DNA from: Octopus bimaculoides
Lineage: Eukaryota
Length of the DNA stretch: 35,941 bases
Assembly (NCBI RefSeq): GCF_001194135.2
Contig: NC_068984.1
Span: forward strand, 87,475,039-87,510,979
Direction: 5' to 3'
Part shown: positions 12,096-22,522 of the stretch, piece after piece
How the letters are laid out: each line of letters begins with the position of its first letter
Position numbering within the stretch: the first letter of the stretch is position 1
The notes under the pieces: generated by a model
What the model was told of the DNA's origin: nothing
Database searches by the model: none
The model's input: the letters and a program-made list of their open reading frames with translations, nothing else
Program-made: the position numbers and the translations under genes

Positions 12096-12323
12096 TTTAT
12101 CAGAAGCAAGGACAATGCTGCAGTGGCACTTCAGACATTTTTCTCTTCTAAAGAGCCTGATATTTTGACTCAAGGAATCAGAAAATTGGTTTCAAAGTGA
12201 GAGAATGTTTTTGTTAATAATGGCAGTTATATTTTCAATGAATAAATATACTTACAATGTGTTTTATGTTAATTTGAACTCATTACATAAACTGTGGCAT
12301 TACTTTTCATTACTTCTAATGTA
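12096..12323 (+). mobile_element. mariner (Tc1/mariner) transposase C-terminus with probable 3' terminus
   Basis: Translation FIRSKDNAAVALQTFFSSKEPDILTQGIRKLVSK*ENVFVNNGSYIFNE* matches the mariner C-terminal FF.SK...FY..GI.KL..RW.....NG.Y pattern, with W->stop. It is followed by ATTACTTTT...CTAAT, resembling a mariner TIR. Confidence 0.7.
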
Positions 12324-12374
12324 TGTGTGTAGTGTGCTTGTGTACCTTAGTAATATCTCTTAGCTCATTTCTTT

Positions 12375-12410
<36 letters not shown>

Positions 12411-12413
<3 letters not shown>

Positions 12414-12623
12414 TGGGCACTGTTAATCAAAAAGTTAACTTCGTTAATCGTTATTCCATTAACCAAAAAGTTAAATTCATTAATCATTAATCTGTTGAAA
12501 ATGTAATGGAAGTTAATGTTAATCAGTTAACATTAACTTTTTATCAAAAAAAGGTATAACTACAGCTTGATACCCCACCAAATAATCGCTTATAATCGAT
12601 TGAGTGGATGTAAAGATTTATTG
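12411..12623. mobile_element. terminus of a probable DNA transposon with iterated GTTAA(C/T) subterminal motifs, adjoining (TA)n
   Basis: Begins AGGTGGGCAC directly after (TA)n at 12380-12411, with about ten GTTAA/TTAAC motifs in 150 bp. It runs into the gap and the other end was not found. Confidence 0.4.
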
Positions 12624-13554
12624 NNNNNNNNNNNNNNNNNNNNNNNNNNNNNNNNNNNNNNNNNNNNNNNNNNNNNNNNNNNNNNNNNNNNNNNNNNNNN
12701 NNNNNNNNNNNNNNNNNNNNNNNNNNNNNNNNNNNNNNNNNNNNNNNNNNNNNNNNNNNNNNNNNNNNNNNNNNNNNNNNNNNNNNNNNNNNNNNNNNNN
12801 NNNNNNNNNNNNNNNNNNNNNNNNNNNNNNNNNNNNNNNNNNNNNNNNNNNNNNNNNNNNNNNNNNNNNNNNNNNNNNNNNNNNNNNNNNNNNNNNNNNN
12901 NNNNNNNNNNNNNNNNNNNNNNNNNNNNNNNNNNNNNNNNNNNNNNNNNNNNNNNNNNNNNNNNNNNNNNNNNNNNNNNNNNNNNNNNNNNNNNNNNNNN
13001 NNNNNNNNNNNNNNNNNNNNNNNNNNNNNNNNNNNNNNNNNNNNNNNNNNNNNNNNNNNNNNNNNNNNNNNNNNNNNNNNNNNNNNNNNNNNNNNNNNNN
13101 NNNNNNNNNNNNNNNNNNNNNNNNNNNNNNNNNNNNNNNNNNNNNNNNNNNNNNNNNNNNNNNNNNNNNNNNNNNNNNNNNNNNNNNNNNNNNNNNNNNN
13201 NNNNNNNNNNNNNNNNNNNNNNNNNNNNNNNNNNNNNNNNNNNNNNNNNNNNNNNNNNNNNNNNNNNNNNNNNNNNNNNNNNNNNNNNNNNNNNNNNNNN
13301 NNNNNNNNNNNNNNNNNNNNNNNNNNNNNNNNNNNNNNNNNNNNNNNNNNNNNNNNNNNNNNNNNNNNNNNNNNNNNNNNNNNNNNNNNNNNNNNNNNNN
13401 NNNNNNNNNNNNNNNNNNNNNNNNNNNNNNNNNNNNNNNNNNNNNNNNNNNNNNNNNNNNNNNNNNNNNNNNNNNNNNNNNNNNNNNNNNNNNNNNNNNN
13501 NNNNNNNNNNNNNNNNNNNNNNNNNNNNNNNNNNNNNNNNNNNNNNNNNNNNNN
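12624..13554. other. assembly gap
   Basis: N run. Confidence 1.
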
Positions 13555-14573
13555 ACCACTGGTTTATAGTTATGTAATTTTAGCTGATCTTGTTGAGTAA
13601 ATTTGACTTTTATGAGCAGGTAAATTTAATTAACAGGTGTAAAAGCAATAACATTATGGATAAACACTAAAATTGAAATTCATAATGCATCTTACCTGTT
13701 TGATTTGTTATTAAAATTATCCCAGATGACAACTGGCAAAAATTTTGTCTTTTTTCGAGATGAGGTACATTGATTTGAATTAATTAAAATACAGGTATAA
13801 TCAGTACTAAATTATATTCTTCTGGTAAATATTTCGTATCTCGGTGTGGAATAACTTTTTTTCCACAGTTTTTTTACGGGTGCATTCAACATATCTGACC
13901 TCTAAACCTGCCATAAGCCACTTTTTCCGGAAAAGAAATGTGGGAGGAGTGGTGGGGACATCAATCACTGTTCCCTTTTGACAGGACAAAGAAATTTACC
14001 GCTGTCTTTGCAGGCAACAAGCAGGTGGATTTGGTTTCAAATGCAGGCAGGGCCAGACGAAGTCCTACAAGTTATTTATAGTAATAAGTAGCGTTATATT
14101 GGGGTTGAAATAATGACGCGTGCAATATTAAATATTCTAAGACAATCTGAAAACAATAGAAACTTTTAAACGTTTACTGGGTTTTATGAAATTTTTGGTT
14201 TAACAGACTTGAGTAAACAGATTTTATGTTTACGTTTGAAAAACCTTGTAAATAACGTGTAGCAATAAGGTTGCTTATAATGTGAAATGTTGAAATGGGT
14301 AACTTAAAATCGAAATACAAATTTACTGGATTATTTCCCTTTTTCCCTATTTCTTTCCACTTACATACATGATTTGTCAAACACTTAATTTATTATTTAG
14401 TAATTTTTTTTTTGTGGTTTATAGTGACTTCTATTTAATTTAAACTCCAATTGTAGCATTCATCACTTTCCTCCTAATACTGCATACTGTATCCTAGCGT
14501 TCTAACATCTAACGGTTTTTTTAAAACTTAGCTATGTAGCATTCTTCCAAATACGTATTTTTCACATTCGGTT

Positions 14574-14670
14574 CAAGTCTTGCTTCACCACACACGGAAA
14601 ATTAGAAATAGAAGCCAAAACTACTATTTCTCATATTTCTAATTTTTGGTGTGTGGTGAAGCAATACTTG
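14574..14670. repeat. near-perfect inverted repeat (37-bp arms, 23-nt spacer)
   Basis: 14574-14610 is the reverse complement of 14634-14670 with 3 mismatches. Confidence 0.9.
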
Positions 14671-14715
14671 CTAAACCCTAAATTTTTAATTATGTTTATA
14701 TTTACTGATAATATA

Positions 14716-15858
14716 TCATCATCATCATCGTTTAATGTCCGCTTTCCATGCTGGCATGGGTTGGATGATTTGACTGAGGACTGGTGAACCAAATGGCTAC
14801 ACCCGGCTCCAATCTGATTTGGCAGAGTTTCTACAGCTGGATGCCCTTCCTAACACCAACCACTCCGAGAGTGTAGTGGGTGCTTTTACGTGCCACCAGC
14901 ACGAAGGCCAGTCAGGTGGTACTGGCAACGGCCACGCTCAAAACGGTGTATTTTACATGCTACCTGCATAGGAGCCAGTCCAGCGGCACTGGCAACGAAT
15001 GTCTTACACATGCCACCGGCNNNNNNNNNNNNNNNNNNNNNNNNNNNNNNNNNNNNNNNNNNNNNNNNNNNNNNNNNNNNNNNNNNNNNNNNNNNNNNNN
15101 NNNNNNNNNNNNNNNNNNNNNNNNNNNNNNNNNNNNNNNNNNNNNNNNNNNNNNNNNNNNNNNNNNNNNNNNNNNNNNNNNNNNNNNNNNNNNNNNNNNN
15201 NNNNNNNNNNNNNNNNNNNNNNNNNNNNNNNNNNNNNNNNNNNNNNNNNNNNNNNNNNNNNNNNNNNNNNNNNNNNNNNNNNNNNNNNNNNNNNNNNNNN
15301 NNNNNNNNNNNNNNNNNNNNNNNNNNNNNNNNNNNNNNNNNNNNNNNNNNNNNNNNNNNNNNNNNNNNNNNNNNNNNNNNNNNNNNNNNNNNNNNNNNNN
15401 NNNNNNNNNNNNNNNNNNNNNNNNNNNNNNNNNNNNNNNNNNNNNNNNNNNNNNNNNNNNNNNNNNNNNNNNNNNNNNNNNNNNNNNNNNNNNNNNNNNN
15501 NNNNNNNNNNNNNNNNNNNNNNNNNNNNNNNNNNNNNNNNNNNNNNNNNNNNNNNNNNNNNNNNNNNNNNNNNNNNNNNNNNNNNNNNNNNNNNNNNGTC
15601 ATACAGTCTGCCTTTTATTCTGTGAGAGAGACCCTTTGTCACCAGCAGAGGTAAGAGCTCTCTGAACTTTGCCCAGGCTATTCTTATTCTAGCAGCTACA
15701 CTTTCAGTGCACCCTCCCCCACTACTAACTTGGTCACCTAGATATTGGAAGCTATCAACCACTTCTAGTTTTTCTCCCTGGAATGTGGCAGAAGTTGTTT
15801 TCTGCACATTTACAGTGTTTATAGCTCCTGAACATCTGCTACATACAAAAGCTAACTT
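14716..15858 (-). mobile_element. 5'-truncated RTE-clade LINE (ORF C-terminal part, 3' UTR, (TGA)n tail), interrupted by an assembly gap
   Basis: Minus 15858->15598 reads KLAFVCSRCSGAINTVNVQKTTSATFQGEKLEVVDSFQYLGDQVSSGGGCTESVAARIRIAWAKFRELLPLLVTKGLSHRIKGRLYD, typical RTE LE.V..F.YLG...I..RI..AW..F. The 3' UTR (14730-15020) ends in (TCA)n on the plus strand at 14716. Confidence 0.85.
15021..15597. other. assembly gap
   Basis: N run. Confidence 1.
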
Positions 15859-16041
15859 GTTTCAGTCATTTGACTGTGTCCGTGCTGGAGAACTGTTTTG
15901 AAGGGTTTTAGTTGACTAAATTGACCCCAAGACTTAATTCCTAAGCGTAGTACCTATTCTACCAGTCTCTTTTACCGAACTGCTAATTTACAGGGACATA
16001 AACACACCAACACTGGTTGTCAAGCGGTGATTTGACACATG

Positions 16042-16073
<32 letters not shown>

Positions 16074-16095
16074 TACACAAGACATACTCACACAT

Positions 16096-16131
<36 letters not shown>

Positions 16132-16471
16132 TCGCCACGATAAATCGTTAGCGACTAAACTTTTTTTCTATTTTCTCTCCCTGTTTATATTTGTGTTCCT
16201 TCCTGTCGAAGAGCGTAGGCTCGAAACGTAAAAGAGTTTCTCAGTTCCCGAGCATTAAACTAATACATGTTTGTTGTTTACACACCCGTCTTTATCTTTT
16301 GTTTTTTTGTAAATTCTCTCTACATATATATATATATGTATGTGACTGACTTCTTCCAGTTTCTGCCTCCAAATCCACTCACAAGGCTTTGGTTGGCCTG
16401 AGGCTATAGTTTAAGACATTTGTTAACCCAGAACCATGTGGTTGGAAAGCAAGCTTCTTACCTCACAGCCA
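15859..16471 (-). mobile_element. SINE family A split by microsatellites and a nested insert
   Basis: 3' half at 15859-16030 and 5' half at ~16345-16471, separated by (CA)n/(TA)n and an unrelated 190-bp element. Confidence 0.75.
16129..16320 (+). mobile_element. 190-bp insert in the SINE microsatellite linker, possibly a Penelope-like terminal repeat with a hammerhead-like motif
   Basis: CpG-rich segment flanked by TA repeats, containing CTGTCGAAGAGCGTAGGCTCGAAACGTAAAAG. Confidence 0.4.
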
Positions 16472-18716
16472 CAAAAGTTATGGTATGAAAATATGATTTT
16501 GCATTACAAAAGGGAAAATAAAATACAGAAACAAAAATATTCTTCACAAAATATATATTGAAATAGGTCATGAGTTTTAATACAAAATAGTTATATAAAT
16601 AACTGCATTGGTTCTCTAAATAATGGAATAAATTGTAACTTGTTGCATTGAAACTTGTGACCTATTTTACTACATATTTTTGAAGAATGTTTTTTTTCTG
16701 TATTTTATTTTCCCTTTTCTAATGCAAATTCTTATTTACATACTGTAGCTTATATTTTCAATAATCTGTTCCCTGATTAAGATTTACATTTGTTAATAAC
16801 TTTGGCAAGCTAATCTTATATCAACCAATAAAATATATTTGAATTGTTGTCTGAGTTATTGTTCATTAGATATTTAATATTTTTTCAACATACTTTTCAT
16901 CTAGATGCTTTTAAGTTTTTATTTCCAGTTTGAATTGGATTTTGGTGTGTTTAATCTAAAATTACAATACTGACATATTGTATTTTCATGAAGATTATTA
17001 ATCATTTAGTAATGTTTAAGTGGATTAAGTCATTTTAATCCTTTTGAGGACTGTTATCTCTAATTTGCACTGAGTATTATGCTATTGCACTTTTTATCAG
17101 CTTAGGTATAATGTGAAGTATAATTCATTTTGTCCTTGATTTAATATAACACTATATTTGTGACCAGTTTATTTGATATTTAAGGTAAGCAAAATTTGTT
17201 TTCAGTTTCATACACTTATTTATTTGCTTGGATGTATTAGAGATAAAACTGGTGATAGAATATATGAAAATATCAACATTTTTATTTGCTTCAGTGTGTC
17301 ACATTATTTGGTTATTGAATGATTTAAATAACATTAAATAAATGTGTTAGACTTTAACAATGTCACTATTTCAACATAAAAAATTAAGTTCAGTTTCATA
17401 CTATAAAGGATATGAAATAAATGTCACAATCTAACAATAAAGGGAAATTTAGAAAGAGGTTAATGAATGAAGGCAGTAGCAGTAGCAGCTGCTACTACTA
17501 TAGCTATTGTTATTGCACATAGTTAAAAAAAAAAAAATTTTATGCTCAATGTTCACAGTACAGGATATAAAACTTATCAAAAACAAGTAAGAATCTGTTA
17601 ATGCCTTCCTGATTTATGAACCACTTCTACATTTACTATTGTTAGTTTGCAAATGTTTGCTTTGCAATTTCAACTTCTCAAGCAGAATGACAAGAGAATT
17701 TGACCAGTTCATATCTCTATCATCTTCAATTAGGTTTTCAGTACTCAAAACTCCTATACAATTTATAAATAGTACAGTGTTTTTCGGTAGATATTAGCAA
17801 TTCACAGTACAAAGTAACAGCATGCTTCTTTCACATTTTAAAAACTTGCTTCTTCAATTTTCTCTTTCCTTTGAATAAAACCTTAACAGGTTAGAGACAT
17901 ACATAAGAAATCTTGTATCTGGAGAATTTAGGGTTTGATGGAAACTACCTTAAATTTTGGATTTGATTGAAGACCATATGTTGAAACTAAAGCAGTTATA
18001 GTGTGGGAAACAAATATTAGGCATTCAAAAACACACAAAGATTGTTAACTTTCTTTTACATTTATTATTTGATATCAGTAGAATTGCATCAGTAACCAGA
18101 TTGCAGTTGTGCAAGAAAAAATTTTGACACCAAATAATAAGTGCTCAAGTTGAAGTTAAGAGTTTTTGTGTGTCTTCAAATAGCTAATATCTGTTTTCCA
18201 TGCGTAACTGTTTTACCTTAAATCTTTTGTTCAAAGCATTCTCAATTTTGAATGATTAATTTTGACAGCCAATTTATCATTTTCATGAAAATTTTTCTTC
18301 TAAATTGATAACATATACAGGGCAGAGTTGCAAGTCATTTGTAAAGGTCATCTGAAATATGTAGTAATAAATTATTTACCAGAGAATCTTTTGCACATAT
18401 TTTATTAGTGTGGTATATTTCAGTGGTTTGTTTTTCATTTAGCAATATATAGGCTGTTAGTCACTCATACAGTAATAGTGAAGAAGGCAGGACATCATTA
18501 TTTTATCATTAACAAGTAACAAAAAGTTAGCTGGTTGTCAATACTTTCAAACTGAATAGACAGGGAAATAAAGAATATCCAGTCACTGTTGTTTTGTAGA
18601 AATCTCATTTTTTATGTTGTTTAAATTCTATAGAATTGTTAGTTTTTTATGAAAAAAGACAAGTCTCTGATTGAAAACAACTCAATAGGGTTAGCCTTCA
18701 TAGTGTTCTTTTATTC

Positions 18717-19099
18717 TTTTACTTCTTTTAGTAATTTTGACTGCAACCATGCTGGAGCACCACCTTTAGTCGAACAAAGTGACCTGGACTTATTCTTTGT
18801 AAGCCTTGTACTTATTCTATCGGTCTCTTTTGCTGAACCACTAAGTTATGGCGACGTAAATGCACCAGCATTGGTTGTCAAGCAATGTTGGGAGGGACAA
18901 ACACTGACACAGACATATACACACACACACACATACAATGGGCTTCTTTCAGTTTCCGTCTACCAAATCCACTCACAAGGCTTTGGTCGGCCTTAGGCTA
19001 TAGTAGAAGACACTTGCCCAAGATGGCACGCAGTGGGACTGAACCCGGAACCATGTGGTTGGAAAGCAAGCTACTTACCACACAGCCACTCCTGCACCT
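18717..19099 (-). mobile_element. tRNA-derived SINE, family A, full length
   Basis: On the minus strand: A-box-like TGGCTGTGTGGT, B-box-like GGTTCAGTCCC (19045->19035), CORE-like GGCAAGTGTCTT, (TG)n linker and 3' domain. Confidence 0.9.
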
Positions 19100-19140
19100 A
19101 TTATTTTTCATTTGTGAAATATATGTATGTTTGTGTATGG

Positions 19141-19450
19141 GGGGAACCTGTGGAAGAGGTAGATGTGGAATGAGTTGGTGAAATATGATCTTTGGATGTT
19201 GAGTCTTGTTGAGGCAATGACAAGTGATCAAGACTTTTGGTGAGTTGCTGTGCTTGGGACACATAAGCTAAGTGAAATCATAGTCAAAGCCAGTGCCAGT
19301 GACACATAAAAGGCAAGCAGCATTAAGTAGAGCATCCAGCCATAGAAACCAAGCCAAAATAGACTGGAGCAACTCTCTGCCTTACTAGTTCCAGTTAAAC
19401 CATCTAACCCACTCCAGAATGGAAAACAGATGCTAAATTGTGATGATGAT
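19141..19450 (+). mobile_element. RTE LINE 3' end (ORF C-terminus, 3' UTR, (TGA)n tail)
   Basis: GTCGRGR then ELVKYDLWMLSLVEAMTSDQDFW*; GCATCCAGCCATAGAAAC 3'-UTR motif; ends TGATGATGAT. Confidence 0.75.
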
Positions 19451-19618
19451 AATATGTACCTCAATTAGCACATCCAACTTAACTTGGTTACTTGAATGTA
19501 TAGTTTTGAATGCTGTAGCTTGCAGTAATCATTCTGAGAAATTGACTTGTAGAGATGTTTGATGCTATAAAAAGATTATATTGACTGAAAAAAGTTTTGT
19601 CAGCACTGGCAGATGGGA

Positions 19619-19663
19619 CTGTTATATCGTGATTTCATTGAAAATTGTGAATCATCAGAACAG
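19619..19663 (-). ncRNA. type I hammerhead motif, copy 1 (degenerate)
   Basis: Minus strand: CTGTT-CTGATGA-TTCACAATTTTCAAT-GAAA-TCACGA-TA-TAACAG. Confidence 0.6.
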
Positions 19664-20225
19664 GTACCCAAGCACTGAATACCAGATCAAAAATCCATCA
19701 AACTGATATAGTTTAACACTAACTAAACAGTTAGTGATATCACAAAAAGTTGGCAGGCTGTGTAGAAATTAGCTATTAACAATGGAAGCTACCTTTGTAA
19801 AAAATATCAATTAACACATCCAACTTAACTTGGATGTGTTGTTTTGAATGCTGTAAACTATGGTAGTCATCTTGAGAATTTATATCATATAGATATTAAA
19901 TACTGATCAACATTTTTGCTACTGGTCCTGCAGGACAAAACTTTAAAAGGAAGAACTTTTTTAGAGACATGGAAGAAAATTGTAAATGGTGTTGGTTATG
20001 TTGATCAGGCAACAAAAGTTGAAGTTTGGAAGAAGTTTTGAGGGTGAAAACATCTTTTGAAGTCGTCTCCTAACATATAGAACTACAGACATTGCAATAT
20101 TTAAAGACAGTAGCAGTAGTATATGTTGCAACAATGATAATAATTATAAAAAATAAAACTGGCAAAATGAATGCATAAGATTTTATATTGGCAGATGAAA
20201 ATTTTGTCAGCAATGGCAGATGAGT

Positions 20226-20271
20226 CTTTGCATCATGTAATTTCATCATAAATTGTGGTTCATCAGCAACA
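20226..20271 (-). ncRNA. type I hammerhead motif, copy 2 (cleavage-site base mutated to G)
   Basis: Minus strand: TGTTG-CTGATGA-ACCACAATTTATGAT-GAAA-TTACATGA-TG-CAAAG. Confidence 0.55.
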
Positions 20272-20445
20272 GGTACTCAAGCACTGAATGCCAGATCATA
20301 AATCTATCAAACTAATATAGTTTAACATTGACAAAACAGTCAGTGATATCACAAAAAAACTGGTGGGCTGTGTGTAAATTAGCAATTAGTGCTCAACTAT
20401 ATCACTTCAATGGATTTTCAATATGGCATTTGGTGCTTGGGTACC

Positions 20446-20491
20446 TGTTGCTGATGATTTGCAGATTGTGAAGAAATCGTGTAATACAACA
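20446..20491 (+). ncRNA. type I hammerhead motif, copy 3 (core intact)
   Basis: TGTTG-CTGATGA-TTTGCA-GAT-TGTGAA-GAAA-TCGTGTAA-TA-CAACA: perfect 5-bp stem I, 6-bp stem II with 2 G.U pairs, AUA triplet at 20484-20486. Confidence 0.7.
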
Positions 20492-20546
20492 ATCCCACCA
20501 GCTGGCACTGTCAGAATTTTCACTTACCAATATAATAAGTGCTTTT

Positions 20547-20684
20547 AAGGTAGTGACTTGGCAGAATCATTAGCATGCTGGGCAAAATCCTGAGCAGCAT
20601 TTCGTCTGTCTTTACGTTCTGAGTTCAAATTCCGCTGAGGTCAACTTTGCCATTCACCCTTTCTAGGTTATTAAAATAAGTACC
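20547..20684 (+). mobile_element. SINE family C, 3'-truncated
   Basis: TTGGCAGAATCATTAGCATGCTGGGCAAAAT...GAGTTCAAATTCCGCTGAGGTCAACTTTGCC. Confidence 0.8.
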
Positions 20685-21946
20685 AATCTCTACTATCATG
20701 TACCCTAAAGTTTTATGATCCCCACCTTGAATATACTATAAGAAGGACAAGCTGAGACTTGAATCCTCAGTTCTCTTCAATCACCTGCATAGATAAAACC
20801 TTGAACAAAGTTGCATTGGAATGTCTACTTAATATTATATTCAGGTATGTGTGTAATATTATATATTACCCACATACTTGAATGAATATGTTCTGCAACT
20901 GAACCAACAAAATCCACATAAACCATTAGGACACTTAACCAGCAGAAACAGGATTAGTGTTTAATGTAAATTTAATGAGAATACTGTATTAAACACATTT
21001 TGAAGATGTATAATTCTCCATTCTTCTTTATAATGGCTTATATATAAATCACAGTATGTGTGTGTATATTGATTAATGCATACATTTCCACCGATTTTCA
21101 CCAAACTTTACACACACATTACTTATATCCCAAGGATGGTCATGTACTATAGCATTGTGCCCAGAGCTCCCATGTAAATGGACAAACTAGGAAAAACAGT
21201 GGTTTACATGGGTTTTTCTCTAATTTGTTGTATGTACATAGTTTTTTTGTATGTAAGGTCTTCTGTACTTTTTAAATCTATATGGTCATATATTGGCATT
21301 AGAGAATATTTTTTCGTGGTTTTCACATTCTCTTGATTTATTATTTATTTATATGTTTTAATTGTGTATTATTTCTTGGTTAGAGAATATTATAAAAGTG
21401 AAAGGATTTTGTCTATTTATTTATTTTGACTGTTCATCTGTGATGGTGATTAAATTGATTAGGAACACTGTACGCGATGAATATCCAATACCAAATAATC
21501 TTAATCTCCATATTTAAACTGCAATAAACTTTGGCAAGCTTACCTTTACCTATTCTGAGTTACCTGAAAGGTGATGTTCCCTTCCCTCTCTTCTATTTGT
21601 TGATATTTTTGTTTACCTACCAAAGGATGCTTATTTACCCATCCATTATGATATTTTGAATGCGACATCTTTTCACTGTGAACTACTAAAGATTCAAAGC
21701 AGTATTTGTGAACTGAAGTCAAACTCCTCTTGTTTTCATTTTTCGTTACCTGAAGTCAATTTCAGAGTGGTCATACACTGTAAGAACATAGCAAATACAT
21801 TCCTTTAACTGTCATTTTTGAATATACCAATTATACTTCTCTCTGAAAAAATAGCTCCTTTTGCTGTTGAATAAAATAAACTTGCAGAGGAGAAGCTTCA
21901 ACGTCTTCCTTCCATATCCTTACACCATTTATGTGGCTGTTTCTGA

Positions 21947-22313
21947 TGGCAGTTTGATAAGTAGCTTGCTTAACAACCACAGGGTTCCGGGTTCAATCCT
22001 ACCGCATGGCACCTTGGGCAAGTGTCTTCTACTATAACCTCAGCCCGACCAAAGCCTTTTGAGTGGATTTGGTAGACGGAAACTGAAAGAAGCCCGTCGT
22101 ATGTATATATATATATATGTATGTATGTGTAGGTATATGTTTGTGCGTCTGTGTTTGTCCCCCCCCCCCAGCATTGCTTGACAACCGATGCCGGTGCATT
22201 TACGTACCCATAACTTTGTTATGGTTCAGCAAAAGAGACCAATAGAATAAGTACTAGGCTTACAAAGAATAAGTCCTGGGGACGATTTGCTCGCCTAAAG
22301 GCAGTGCTCCAGC
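21947..22313 (+). mobile_element. SINE family A, near full length
   Basis: B-box-like GGGTTCAATCC, CORE-like GGCACCTTGGGCAAGTGTCTT, microsatellite linker and 3' domain. Confidence 0.9.
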
Positions 22314-22522
22314 GCTAGGCTTAGCCAAATCACCTGTGGTTTCACATATTAATGCTATCAGTGGCTCTTACTGGCACCTAGGGTTAAACTCAACTCACCT
22401 TATCAGCTTATAAGATGGCCATGGAAATCATATGCTGATTTCATAAATGGTAAAAGTGAAAATTATAAATAATAAGGATGGCTTGTTAGCAATTTTTCAG
22501 CTGAAAGGCCAAAATATGTATG

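Larger units (their letters stand above)
19462..20535. repeat. tandem plus inverted repeat array (~346-bp unit) carrying three hammerhead motifs; retrozyme or Penelope pseudo-LTR-like
   Basis: Segment A at 19462 and 19808 (offset 346); segment B at 19572-19778 and 20177-20388; inverted partial B at 20424-20535 pairing with 20183-20293. Confidence 0.75.

Noticed and set aside
12567-15807. Long ORFs (208-336 aa) in the ORF track
   Set aside because: They are read-through of N gaps. Only the 15598-15858 part has real (RTE) homology. The same applies to ORFs crossing 1674-1842 and 9763-9891.
17640-18300. Possible hAT transposase remnant (NPKFK resembling DPRFK)
   Set aside because: A single weak motif among many stops; not supportable.
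19035-19090. A-box/B-box-like motifs suggesting tRNA genes (also in other SINE heads)
   Set aside because: They are tRNA-derived SINE heads with no complete cloverleaf.
18649-19264. ORFs of 88-115 aa (also 2554-2817, 33977-34300)
   Set aside because: Incidental frames through SINE copies; they resemble each other only because the SINEs do.
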